This document shows positions 34,300 through 43,572 of a stretch of DNA of 64,000 bases, in pieces. The notes under the pieces were generated by a model. That model did no database searches. It worked only from the letters and a program-made list of their open reading frames with translations, and was not told where the DNA came from. The stretch lies in assembly GCA_044345155.1 (NCBI GenBank), contig JBIJBP010000001.1, forward strand, positions 58,800 through 122,799. Reading direction: 5' to 3'. The position numbers and the translations under genes were made by a program. Every line of letters begins with the position of its first letter. Position 1 is the first letter of the stretch. The stretch is from Prosthecobacter sp. (GTDB lineage: Bacteria; Verrucomicrobiota; Verrucomicrobiia; Verrucomicrobiales; Verrucomicrobiaceae).

Positions 34300-35643
34300 A
34301 TGACCCACCCTGCGCTCCTGCGTCGCGGGCGTGGTGCCACGCCGTTCCTTGCGGTGTGCGCCGCGCTTTGCTGTGCCTCCGTCACCCCGTCGTTGCACGC
34401 CGCCGAAACCGCCCCCTCCACCCTCCAGAGCGGTGACACCGCCTGGCTGCTCACCTCGACGGCCCTCGTGCTGTTCATGATGATCCCCGGCCTTGCGCTC
34501 TTCTACGCCGGCCTCGTGCGCTCCAAGAACGTGCTTTCCATCTTCATGCAGTGCTTCGCGCTGACGGCGGTGCTCAGCCTGGTCTGGCTGGCCTGCGGCT
34601 ACTCGCTCAGCTTCACCGGTGACAGCGGCTTCATCGGCACGCTGGAAAAGTCCTTCCTGCGGGGCGTCACGCCGGCCAGCACCTATGCGGCCTATCCAAA
34701 CATTCCGGAGCCGCTCTGGTTCGCCTACCAGATGATGTTCTTCCTGATCACCCCGGGCCTCTTCATCGGCGCCTTTGCCGAGCGCATGAAGTTCAGCGCC
34801 ATCATGGTGTTCAGCATCTTCTGGAGCCTGCTCGTTTATGCGCCCACCTGCTGGGGCGTGTGGCACAAGATGGAGTTCTTCGGCCTGACCAACGTCATCG
34901 ACCTCGCGGGAGGCATCGTGGTGCACATCACCGCCGGTGTCGCCGCCCTGGTGGCCTGCATCATGGTCGGCCCGCGCCGCGGCCATCCTCACACGCAGAT
35001 GATGCCGCACAACCTGCCCTTCACCATCGCCGGAGCCGGCATGCTGTGGGTCGGCTGGTTCGGCTTCAACGGCGGCAGCCAGGTGGCGGCCAATGGCAGC
35101 GCCGCGATGACCGTGGTGGTCACGCACCTCTCCGCCAGCTCCGCCTGTGTCATCTGGTCGCTCATTGAAAAGATCAAGGTTGGCAAGCCCAGCGCCCTGG
35201 GCATCGCCACCGGCTCCATCGCCGGCCTCGCCGCCATCACCCCCGCGTCCGGCAAGGTCGGCCCGGTGGGTGCCGTCTGCATCGGCGGCCTGAGCGCGCT
35301 CGTCTGCTGGTTCTTCTGCGCGAAGGTGAAGCATGCCTTCAAGTATGACGACTCCCTGGACGTCTTTGGCGTGCACGGTGTCGGCGGCTTCGTCGGCACG
35401 GTGCTCGTCGCCATCTTCGCCTCCCCCGCCTTCGGCGGCATGGGCTACGCCGAGGGCGTGACCATGGGCGGGCAGCTCGTCACCCAGCTGCTGGCCTCGC
35501 TCTACACGATCCTGCTTTCCGGCGTCGTCAGCTTCGTGCTGCTGAAGATCATCGCCATGACCATCGGCCTGCGCGTTGACGCCGACCAGGAGAACCAGGG
35601 CCTCGACCTCGCCGAACATGGCGAGTCCGGCTACAACGCCTGA
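34300..35643 (+). CDS. amt: Ammonium transporter (Amt family) with a cleavable N-terminal signal peptide
   Basis: MTHPALLRRGRGATPFLAVCAALCCASVTPSLHAAETA, then DTAWLLTSTALVLFMMIPGLALFYAGLVRSKN, DLAGGIVVHITAG, GWFGFNGGS and LDVFGVHGVGGFVGT (twin-His and other Amt signatures). The ATG at 34300 is preferred over 34231. Confidence 0.93.
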   Translation: MTHPALLRRGRGATPFLAVCAALCCASVTPSLHAAETAPSTLQSGDTAWLLTSTALVLFMMIPGLALFYAGLVRSKNVLSIFMQCFALTAVLSLVWLACGYSLSFTGDSGFIGTLEKSFLRGVTPASTYAAYPNIPEPLWFAYQMMFFLITPGLFIGAFAERMKFSAIMVFSIFWSLLVYAPTCWGVWHKMEFFGLTNVIDLAGGIVVHITAGVAALVACIMVGPRRGHPHTQMMPHNLPFTIAGAGMLWVGWFGFNGGSQVAANGSAAMTVVVTHLSASSACVIWSLIEKIKVGKPSALGIATGSIAGLAAITPASGKVGPVGAVCIGGLSALVCWFFCAKVKHAFKYDDSLDVFGVHGVGGFVGTVLVAIFASPAFGGMGYAEGVTMGGQLVTQLLASLYTILLSGVVSFVLLKIIAMTIGLRVDADQENQGLDLAEHGESGYNA

Positions 35644-35685
35644 AGTCAGGCAGCCCTCCGGGGCTGCCATCCGGAACACTCGGAG

Positions 35686-35716
35686 AGGCCGGGACAGGTT
35701 CATGCCTGCCCGGCCT
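35686..35716 (+). terminator. Candidate intrinsic terminator after amt
   Basis: AGGCCGGG(a)CAGG ttcatg CCTGCCCGGCCT forms a 12-bp stem with one bulge, followed by TTCA. The U-tract is short. A second 8-bp GC hairpin lies at 35649-35668. Confidence 0.4.
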
Positions 35717-35774
35717 TTCACCTGATGGCAGCACCGTTGACTCACGATCAGCGACCTGCCCTGAGGCGCGGGCC

Positions 35775-38099
35775 TTACTTCACCTCCGCGGCCACAAGGG
35801 CGATCTCGGTCATCAGCCTCTGGATGCTGCACTGGTTCGCCGCAAAGTCCTTCTGGAGCGTGTCGAGCGTGGTGGCTCCGTAGGCGGCCGGCTCCTGCTT
35901 GACCAGATGGTGGAACAGGTGGCGGATGAAGGCGCGGTGCCCGCCGGGGTTGCCGGAGACGTAGTTCACGATGTCGCGCGGACCGCTGAGCCGAACCAGA
36001 TGGCCCTCGTGCGTGGTGAACTCGCTCACCGGATTGACAGGCTTGTTGTTATCCTTGGTGCGCCAGCGGCCCACGGCGTCGAAGTTCTCCAGGCTGAAGC
36101 CGAGCGGATTGATCATGCTGTGGCAGCTCATGCAGGCGCCGCTGCGGGTGAGCTCCGTGATCTTTTCACGCATGGTGAGCTTCGGATTGAAGTGGCTGTC
36201 CTCGAACACCACCGCCTTCTTCGGCGGCTTGAGCGACATGCCGACGATGTTGCGGGTGAGGAAGACGCCGCGATGCACCGGCGAGGACTGCCTTGAATAG
36301 GCCAGCGAGGCAAGGAGGTAGGGATGCGTGACCACGCCGGCGCGCTGCTTCGGGTCGAAGGCGACGCGCTGGAAGGCCTCGCCGGCGACCGGCCTGCCGT
36401 AAAACCTGCCGAGGCGCTCGTTGAGCAGGAGATAGTCCGCCTGCAGGAGCTCGCGGTAGTCTGACTTTCCGTTCCACACGACCTCGTCGATGAACTGGAA
36501 CAGCGACTCGCGCAGGTCGGCGAGCAGTTCCGGCGTGAAGTCGGGGAAGGCCTTGGGGTCCTTGCTGGTGACCTCGGCGCGCTCAAGTTCCAGCCAGTGG
36601 TGGAAGAAGCCGTGCAGCTTGGCCTTCGCGCGGGCGTCGGCCAGCATTCGGGAGGCCTCGGCGCGAACCTGGTCGCGGGTGCGCAACCTTCCCTGGGCAG
36701 CCGCCTGCAGGAGCTTCCTGTCAGGAATGGAGTCCCAAAGCGTCAGCGCCAGGCTGGCAGCCCTGTCATAATCATCCAACGGCCCGGCTCCGGGCAGGCC
36801 GGGATAGAGAAACTGCGGTGACTTGAGCGCCAGCATGACCACGCGTTTCACCGCCGTCTCCGGCGTCTTCGCGGCCTTGAACTGCGGCTCGATCAGCAGC
36901 CTTTTCAAATCATCACCAGGGGTGCGGCGGAAGGCGGCCTCCACAAAGGCCTCGGCGAAACTGCGCAGCTTCTCCGTGCGGTCCGCAGCCCCGGGCTTGG
37001 TCTGGGCGAGTTCGTCGATGTTGGCCACCACATGCTCGGCGGTTGCGATGGCGGCGTCGGTCACCGCCTGATCCCAGTCCTTGGAGATCGTCGTGCCACG
37101 CGGATAACCGCCGCTGCTGTCATCGGCGGGAAAGCTGTTGCTGACGATCATCATCTCGCGCGGCCGGTCCGTGCGCAGGGCGCCGGCGGGGATGATCTCC
37201 CTGACTCCATGAGGCGGCTTCCACCACAGCTCGATGGAGGATGACTTCTCCTTGAACTTGAAGTGCTCCAGCACCAGCCGGTAGGCGCGTCCGCCGACGA
37301 GATAAATCGTCCTCTTCTCCTCGCGAACCTCCGGCCCGGCGCTCACCCAGCCATCAATCAGCGCATCACCGTCGGAGGTGTCGTTGATCCACAGGCGGAA
37401 GCCGTTTTCCGATTTCACGGCAAACTCGTAAAGGCCTGTCTCGCGGGCGACGACGGAGCCGTCGAAGCGGTTCTGAAACTGCTCGGCCTCCAGCGTCTCC
37501 TTCACCGGGCTGTCCGGCCCCCATTGGAAGTCGACGACGGGCTCCACCTTTTCGATGGTTTTGTTAGGCCGCTTGGCCTTGATGCCCTTTTCCGGCGTGG
37601 TGTCCACGGGCTTCTCTCCAGGCTTGGGCAGCTCAACGCCGCGGTAGGTGGCCTTCAACCCCTGCTCGGTCCCGACGGGACGGTCGAAGCCGGGCCCCAT
37701 GCGGAAGCGTCCGACCACGTCCATGACGCTGTTGCGGAACTTCTCCGTCGTGAGGCGCGCAAGGTCCCTGGTCGGAGGGTTGCTGCGAGCCTGGGCCTCG
37801 GGCGAATAGAAGGCGTCGTGGATGTACTCGGCGATGAGCCTGGAATCCCCGGGCGTGCTCTTGTCCGGGTCATCCTCCGGCATCGTGCGGTCGATCTGGC
37901 GCGCCAGGGCCTCAACGTTCTTCTCGCCGGTCAGCGCCTCGTCGTATTCATCCTCCACGCCCTGGCCGCGGTCGCCATGGCAGTCGGCGCAGAGCTTTTG
38001 GTACAGCGGTTTTCCGGGATGCTCGGCGGGAGCGGCCGACGCGGGCTCCAGAATCAGGAGCACTCCCAGGAACAGGAATTGGGAACGGATCGAAAACAT
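35775..38099 (-). CDS. PVC-type multidomain cytochrome-domain protein (PSCyt + PA14-like + DUF1595/DUF1592/DUF1588/DUF1585 family)
   Basis: 774 aa with a signal peptide. CADCHGDRG is a haem c motif. The PA14-like block is FDGSVVARETGLYEFAVKSENGFRLWIND...YRLVLEHFKFKEKSSSIELWWKPPHG. The C-terminus ACMSCHSMINPLGFSLENFDAVGRWR is typical of the DUF1588/1585 end of these proteins. Confidence 0.88.
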   Translation of the reverse strand: MFSIRSQFLFLGVLLILEPASAAPAEHPGKPLYQKLCADCHGDRGQGVEDEYDEALTGEKNVEALARQIDRTMPEDDPDKSTPGDSRLIAEYIHDAFYSPEAQARSNPPTRDLARLTTEKFRNSVMDVVGRFRMGPGFDRPVGTEQGLKATYRGVELPKPGEKPVDTTPEKGIKAKRPNKTIEKVEPVVDFQWGPDSPVKETLEAEQFQNRFDGSVVARETGLYEFAVKSENGFRLWINDTSDGDALIDGWVSAGPEVREEKRTIYLVGGRAYRLVLEHFKFKEKSSSIELWWKPPHGVREIIPAGALRTDRPREMMIVSNSFPADDSSGGYPRGTTISKDWDQAVTDAAIATAEHVVANIDELAQTKPGAADRTEKLRSFAEAFVEAAFRRTPGDDLKRLLIEPQFKAAKTPETAVKRVVMLALKSPQFLYPGLPGAGPLDDYDRAASLALTLWDSIPDRKLLQAAAQGRLRTRDQVRAEASRMLADARAKAKLHGFFHHWLELERAEVTSKDPKAFPDFTPELLADLRESLFQFIDEVVWNGKSDYRELLQADYLLLNERLGRFYGRPVAGEAFQRVAFDPKQRAGVVTHPYLLASLAYSRQSSPVHRGVFLTRNIVGMSLKPPKKAVVFEDSHFNPKLTMREKITELTRSGACMSCHSMINPLGFSLENFDAVGRWRTKDNNKPVNPVSEFTTHEGHLVRLSGPRDIVNYVSGNPGGHRAFIRHLFHHLVKQEPAAYGATTLDTLQKDFAANQCSIQRLMTEIALVAAEVK

Positions 38100-38232
38100 G
38101 GGGGGAATGTTTCGTGAAGGCGCGTGTTACGGTGCGCCGGGGAGGACTACCTGCCGTGAAACGCAGGTCTTTCCACCTTTTTCAGCCTGATGGTGCTGCC
38201 GCATGGCGTCCAGGCTCAGCCAGGGTGGCTGC

Positions 38233-40725
38233 TCAGCGTGAATAGGACGGATACTTGTCCTTCAGCAGCTTGCGGAATTCACCCGCCTTGGCGGCCTGGC
38301 CGCTCTTCTCCAGAGCAACGGCCGCCTTGTCGAGGGATTCGGGCGTGATCTCGTCATCGTCAAAGAACTGGGCGGGGATCATGAACTTGCCTGCGGCGGC
38401 GGTGAATTTTGCACCGGCGGCGGCCCCCTGGCCGGAGGCGGTGAGCTTGTCCCCCAGAGCCATGAGGATGTCCCCCTGGAGGATGAGCAGCAAGGCCTGC
38501 GGCTTGCCGTCCTTGGCGAAGGCCAGGCCTTCCTGCACCACCGCCTCGGCCTCGTCAAACTTGCCGAGACCGAGCAGCGCCCTGCCCTTGGTGAGAAGGC
38601 CCCGGGCCTTGGGCGCCCCGTCGGGGGTGACCTTGAGGAAGTGGTCCGTGGACTTGACGCTGCTTTCGTAATCCCTGGTCTCCAGGAAGGCCATTCCCAG
38701 GTAGCTCCAGACACGCGGGTCGGTGTTCTCCGGCGCGTCCGGCGTGGCGGCGATGGCAAGGTACTGGGCCGCACGCGGGTAGTTCTTTTGGTTATAATAG
38801 GTGAGGCCGAGCCAGGTGAGCACGTTGGGCGGGATGTTGCCGGCGGCGTTCGCCCGGCGGTAGTCGTCGATCGCCTTGCCCAGCGCCTCGACGTTCTGCT
38901 GAACATACTGAGCCTGGATGATCATCAGGCTGGCCTGGTCCAGATAGGTCTTGCGGTCGGTGTCGACGGCCTTCGTGAGCGCCTTCACGGCAGCATCCCA
39001 CTGCTGGAGCGAGTAATGGGCGCGGCCGATGCCAAACCAGGCCTGGCCGGCGGCGGGGCTTCTGGGAAACTTGTTCACCAGCAGGTCAAAGGCGGCGATG
39101 GTGGCCTTGAAGTCGCGCTGCTCGGAGGCGATCAAGCCCATCTGCAGGTAGGCCAGTTCGGCGGCCTCGGAGTTCGGGTGCTCCTCGGCGACCTTCTTGA
39201 AATCGGTCATGGCGTTCAGCGTGTCCTTGGCCTCGCGGTAGGCAAGGCCGCGGCGGGCCAGCGCCCTGGCGGTGAGTTCATGACCGCGGTTCTCATGGAT
39301 GAACTGGGTGAACGCCAGGATGGCATCCTGCGCCCGGCCTGCCTCGGCCAGGGCCCAGGCCTTGTTGAACAACGTGCCCGGCTGGAGCTTCGCCGGCAGC
39401 TTCTCAATCTTCACCTCGGCAAAGCTGGCCGCCGCATCGGCATACTTCTGGCGGTTGAAATAATGATCGGCGCGGATCAGGCGCGCGAGGTTGAGAAGCT
39501 CATGATCAGCGTGACTGTCGGCGTTCTTGGTGATGAAGGCCGTGGCGAACTCGGCCAGGTCCTTGTCATCGAGGAGGTAGAAGCAGTAGAGCTTCCAGTA
39601 GCCGGCCTCGAAGGCCGCGTCCGTGCCTGCGGAGCCCTGCTCCACCAGGAGGTAGGTCTCGACAGCGCGGGCGTAGCTCTTTTTCATGCGGAAGGCGTTG
39701 CCGACCATGAGCAGCATCTTCGGCCTTGTGTCGCCTTCGGGAAGCACGCCGGCGTTGGCGTTGTAGTTGTTGATGACGCCGTCATAATCGCCCTTGGCAA
39801 ACAGCGCCTGAACCACGCCAACCAGGGCGATGCCACGATTCGCCGCGCTGGTTTCAGGCAGCTTGAGGGCACGTTCGAAAAGCGGCACGGCCTCCTCCGG
39901 CCTGCCCAGCTCGGCCTGGAGCACCGCCGCCTTCACCGCCGCCTCGGAGACGATGGCGTTGTCCTTGCTGGACTGAAGCAGCTCCGTGAACAACGGCAGC
40001 GCCTCCGCCTTCTTGTCCTCGGCCAGGTAGAGGGTGCCCAGGCTGAGCAGCGTCGCCTCGCGATAGGGGTTGTCCGTCTTCACCGCCAGCACGGCATTCA
40101 AGGCGGCCGACTGCCTCTTGCTGTCGCCGAGCATCTGATAGGCGCGGGCCTTGTTGAAGCTGGCGGCCAGCCGCACCTGAGGAAGGGGGCTCTTGGATTC
40201 GCAAAGGGCGAACAGGCGGGCCGACTGGTCAAAGTCACGTGCATTGAAGCGCATCGCGCCGAGGCGGTAGGCGGCAGACGGCGCACCCTCACTGTTCGGA
40301 TAGCGGTTCACCACCTCCTCATAGTAGGTTTCCGCCACCTTGAGCTGGTCGAGCTTCATGTAGCACTCGCCGATGCGAAACAACGATGCCGGCACGTGAC
40401 GTCCCGAGGGATAGGTCTGGAGATACTGCCCGAAGGACTGGGAGGCCATGCTCCACTCGCCACGGTCATAGGCGAGAGTGGCATAATCAAAAAGGTCTTC
40501 ATCAGGCCCTCTTGGGCGAGCGGGCTGGGCGGGACGTGTTTCACTGGGACCGACCGGAATGGCCTTGGGCACCGGACGTTCATCATCCTCGACGGGGACG
40601 GCCCGCGGCGCGTTCTGCGCGGGCAGCAGGCAGGGAACGGCGGCAAGGACCAGCACGGCCAGGGCGGCCAGCGGCAGGGTGTTCAAGGGACGAAACATGG
40701 GCGTCTGGGACGTGGCTGGGCTCAT
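38233..40725 (-). CDS. Large periplasmic tetratricopeptide-repeat (TPR) protein
   Basis: 830 aa with a signal/anchor (LPLAALAVLVLAAVPCLLPAQ). TPR-like A/Y/G-patterned helices recur throughout (e.g. YYEEVVNRYPNSEGAPSAAYRLG, YbgF-like). It starts 6 nt after the exbD-like stop. An alternative ATG lies at 40698. Confidence 0.85.
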   Translation of the reverse strand: MSPATSQTPMFRPLNTLPLAALAVLVLAAVPCLLPAQNAPRAVPVEDDERPVPKAIPVGPSETRPAQPARPRGPDEDLFDYATLAYDRGEWSMASQSFGQYLQTYPSGRHVPASLFRIGECYMKLDQLKVAETYYEEVVNRYPNSEGAPSAAYRLGAMRFNARDFDQSARLFALCESKSPLPQVRLAASFNKARAYQMLGDSKRQSAALNAVLAVKTDNPYREATLLSLGTLYLAEDKKAEALPLFTELLQSSKDNAIVSEAAVKAAVLQAELGRPEEAVPLFERALKLPETSAANRGIALVGVVQALFAKGDYDGVINNYNANAGVLPEGDTRPKMLLMVGNAFRMKKSYARAVETYLLVEQGSAGTDAAFEAGYWKLYCFYLLDDKDLAEFATAFITKNADSHADHELLNLARLIRADHYFNRQKYADAAASFAEVKIEKLPAKLQPGTLFNKAWALAEAGRAQDAILAFTQFIHENRGHELTARALARRGLAYREAKDTLNAMTDFKKVAEEHPNSEAAELAYLQMGLIASEQRDFKATIAAFDLLVNKFPRSPAAGQAWFGIGRAHYSLQQWDAAVKALTKAVDTDRKTYLDQASLMIIQAQYVQQNVEALGKAIDDYRRANAAGNIPPNVLTWLGLTYYNQKNYPRAAQYLAIAATPDAPENTDPRVWSYLGMAFLETRDYESSVKSTDHFLKVTPDGAPKARGLLTKGRALLGLGKFDEAEAVVQEGLAFAKDGKPQALLLILQGDILMALGDKLTASGQGAAAGAKFTAAAGKFMIPAQFFDDDEITPESLDKAAVALEKSGQAAKAGEFRKLLKDKYPSYSR

Positions 40726-40731
40726 GTCACT

Positions 40732-41172
40732 TCAAGGCTTTTTGGGGGCTTCCGCCGCCTCGGGCCTGCGGGTGGCGAAGGCGATGTTCCAGATGCCGGC
40801 CTTCTGGCAGATGTTCAGCACGTTGACCACGAACTTGTAGTCAGCCACCTCGTCGCCGCGCAGGATCACCGCCTGGTCCTTGTAGACCGTCACGATGTTC
40901 TTCAGCTTCACCAGGAGTTCCTCCTCGGAAAGCTCCTGGCCGTTCACGATGATCTCTCCCTGGGTCTTGATGTTGATGATGATCTCCCCGACGTTGCGCG
41001 ACTCCTTCTCCTTGCCCTCGTCAGCGGCGGGCACGCTGATGTCCATCACCTGCTCATTCTTCGCATAGTGGGAGGTCACGGCGAAAAAGATCACCAGCAA
41101 GAACAGCACGTCCACCAGCGGCGCGAGCTGCATCGGCGTGGGCTCGATGGAATGTTGTTTGCGGAAGTTCAT
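40732..41172 (-). CDS. exbD: ExbD/TolR-family biopolymer transport protein
   Basis: 146 aa. PMQLAPLVDVLFLLVIFFAVTS contains the TM segment with the conserved Asp. The periplasmic domain includes ...AVILRGDEVADYKFVVNVLNICQKAGI. Confidence 0.85.
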   Translation of the reverse strand: MNFRKQHSIEPTPMQLAPLVDVLFLLVIFFAVTSHYAKNEQVMDISVPAADEGKEKESRNVGEIIINIKTQGEIIVNGQELSEEELLVKLKNIVTVYKDQAVILRGDEVADYKFVVNVLNICQKAGIWNIAFATRRPEAAEAPKKP

Positions 41173-41190
41173 GGAGCTTCAGTCGGTTGC

Positions 41191-42015
41191 TCACTCGGGA
41201 CGTCCGGCGGCGGCGCGGGCGGCGCGCTTGTACTGGACGGCCAGCAGGGCCATGATGTGGGTGGTCGCGGCCTCCATCTCCGAAATCAGGCGGTTCACCT
41301 TGCCGCGGAAGATCGCGTAAAAAATGAGGGCCGGGATGCCGATGACCAGGCCTGAGGCCGTGCAAAGCAGCGCCTCGGAGACGCCCTGGGCCAGCCCGAG
41401 CTGGTTGCTGCCGCCATACTGGGTGTTGGAGATCTCATGGAAGGTGGTGATCATGCCCAGGGTGGTTCCGAGCAGGCCGAGCATCGGGGCCACCGCGCCG
41501 ACGTCCCCGAGGTAGGCGATGCGCGCCAGCAGCAGGCTGGACTGGCGGTTGCCCTCGGCCTCCGTGACCTCCTTCACCTCCTCGAAGCTGGCGGTGGGGT
41601 TGCGCGTGGCGAAATCCAGCGTCTTGGCGGTGATGCGCGCGATGCACTCGTTGCGCCGGTTGCACACGGCCAGCAGGCCCAGGTAGTCCTGCTTGCGGAT
41701 CAGGGCGTCCGCCGAGTTCATGAAAGCGTCGCTCACCACCGTGCCCTGCCTGACGGTGAAGGAAAACAGCACGATGAAGAAGGCCGTCACCATCGACAAG
41801 CCGATCAAGGGATAGGCCATCACGCCCGTGCGTTCGACAAAGCCGTCCAGAGTCAGCGCGGCGGCATAAGGATTGTCGGCGGGAGATGGGGCGGAGGCGG
41901 CCGCCGCAGGAGCCTGTGTGACGGCGGGGGGACTGTCCTGCGCCGCCACCCCGGCGGTCATCCAGGCAGACAAAACCGCGATCAAGGCGAGGACAGGGAG
42001 TTTTCGTGCGGACAT
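41191..42015 (-). CDS. exbB: MotA/TolQ/ExbB proton-channel family protein with an N-terminal periplasmic extension
   Basis: 274 aa. It has a signal peptide and three TM helices. GAVAPMLGLLGTTLGMITTF...ALLCTASGLVIGIPALIFYAIF is the ExbB/TolQ signature region. Confidence 0.85.
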   Translation of the reverse strand: MSARKLPVLALIAVLSAWMTAGVAAQDSPPAVTQAPAAAASAPSPADNPYAAALTLDGFVERTGVMAYPLIGLSMVTAFFIVLFSFTVRQGTVVSDAFMNSADALIRKQDYLGLLAVCNRRNECIARITAKTLDFATRNPTASFEEVKEVTEAEGNRQSSLLLARIAYLGDVGAVAPMLGLLGTTLGMITTFHEISNTQYGGSNQLGLAQGVSEALLCTASGLVIGIPALIFYAIFRGKVNRLISEMEAATTHIMALLAVQYKRAARAAAGRPE

Positions 42016-42123
42016 GCGGGCGCGACAGTAGGCGCTCGTTCCTGCCTTGCAAGGAGGGAGACAGAATCTGCCACTGGCCCCTGGACGCCGCTGATCCGCC
42101 CGGCATCATGGGGGCCATCCTCC

Positions 42124-43572
42124 ATGAAAAATGCCTCCCCCGCCCTTGTGCTTGCCCTGCTGCTTGCCGCAGGCCTGGCTGCGGGGCTGGTTCTTTCCCA
42201 ACGAAAAGTGCCGTCACCTCCGGCGGCAGGTGCTGCCACGGAACAGGATTCCGCCGATGACCTGCGCAGGCAGATCTCCATCCTCGAAGGCCAGGTGGAA
42301 TACCTTCAGGGACAGGTGGGCGCGCTTCAGGATGAAAACTCCCAGCTGCTGCAGAAGCTGGGCACGCTCGGCATGAAGGGCGTGGCGAAGATCGAGCCCG
42401 TGCCAGCCCCCGACGACGCGCCTCCGGATTTTGTCGGGCTCGGCCTGGACCTGATGAAGTTCCGCAACATCCAGGCCCTGCCGATCCCCACCACCGGGGC
42501 AAGCCGTGAAAACGTGGAACAGGCGATCCTGCGCTGGCTGCGGCTGCAGCAGCCTGGCGACGAAGGGCCGAAGTTCGCTCTGGCCCTGACGGCGCTTGGG
42601 TGGATCGAAAAGCCGGTGGACCCCCTGCCGCTCCAGGCGGCGGTGCTCGCCCGCCAGCTCGGAGGCTGGTATGACCGCGAATCCGGCACGCTGCTGGTGG
42701 AGGATGACAAGCCCGTGCCTGGCATGCCCGCTCCAGACCGGCCGATGGCGGTCGCCTTCGGGCAGCTGCTGCGGGAATTCGGCAACGTGCTGTTTCCCGA
42801 CGCCGCCAGGTCCGCCCTGAGCACCGACGAGCGCATCGCCCGGATGGCGCTGATCACCGGCGACGCCGCATTAACACGTTTTTTGTTCAGCATCCAGAAC
42901 CCCGTGCCGCGCAGCGGCAACGACCTGCCCGTGGAGGACCCTGATCATCCGCTGAACCAGGTGCCCATGCCCGTCTATCTCAAGGAGCTGGCCCTGTTCC
43001 CCTTCGCACGGGGCTTTGAATTCGCCCAGGCCCTGCATGGCGCCGGTGAGTTTGCGCAGCTGAACGCCTCCTACTCATCCCCCCCCGCCTCCTGCGCGGA
43101 GGTGATCGAGCCCGAACGCCTGCTCGACGCCGCAAGGCTGCCGCCCGCCAGGGTTGAACTCGCCAGTCCGGAGATCGGCGGCCAGAAACCCTATTTTGAC
43201 GACCGTCTCGGCCGCTTTGCCATCTTCACCGCCCTGCGTGCCTACAACAGTGACGAAGAGGCCGGGCTTGGCGCCCGTGGCTGGAAGGGCGACAGGCTGC
43301 TGGCCTACGCCTCGCCTGACCATGATCGTGACCACGCCCTCTGGCAGACGCTCTGGCTCACCCGTGAGGATGCCCTGGCGTTCTTCAAGGCCATGCATGC
43401 CTGCCTGCTCCAGCGCTATGACGCGAAACCTTCCTCCGAAGAACCCGGACGCACCGTGCTGCAGGCACTGAACCGGCATGTTCGGCTGGTGATCAACCGC
43501 GACGGCCTGGGCGTCCGGCTGGTGGATGCTGCGACGTCCGGCTTCGCGGACGCAGCCGTTCAGGCTCCATAA
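42124..43572 (+). CDS. Hypothetical membrane-anchored coiled-coil protein
   Basis: ATG at 42124 gives MKNASPALVLALLLAAGLAAGLVLSQ, a signal anchor. A heptad region follows (DDLRRQISILEGQVEYLQGQVGALQDENSQLLQKL), then about 380 aa I cannot assign. The upstream 229 codons of track ORF 41437..43572 are antisense to exbB and are not accepted. Confidence 0.6.
   Translation: MKNASPALVLALLLAAGLAAGLVLSQRKVPSPPAAGAATEQDSADDLRRQISILEGQVEYLQGQVGALQDENSQLLQKLGTLGMKGVAKIEPVPAPDDAPPDFVGLGLDLMKFRNIQALPIPTTGASRENVEQAILRWLRLQQPGDEGPKFALALTALGWIEKPVDPLPLQAAVLARQLGGWYDRESGTLLVEDDKPVPGMPAPDRPMAVAFGQLLREFGNVLFPDAARSALSTDERIARMALITGDAALTRFLFSIQNPVPRSGNDLPVEDPDHPLNQVPMPVYLKELALFPFARGFEFAQALHGAGEFAQLNASYSSPPASCAEVIEPERLLDAARLPPARVELASPEIGGQKPYFDDRLGRFAIFTALRAYNSDEEAGLGARGWKGDRLLAYASPDHDRDHALWQTLWLTREDALAFFKAMHACLLQRYDAKPSSEEPGRTVLQALNRHVRLVINRDGLGVRLVDAATSGFADAAVQAP

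Noticed and set aside
33901-34478. Small minus-strand ORFs (33901..34089, 34086..34478) in the DUF1552/amt intergenic region
   Set aside because: They show no motifs and an atypical composition. The second overlaps the amt signal-peptide coding region and the sigma-54-like promoter.
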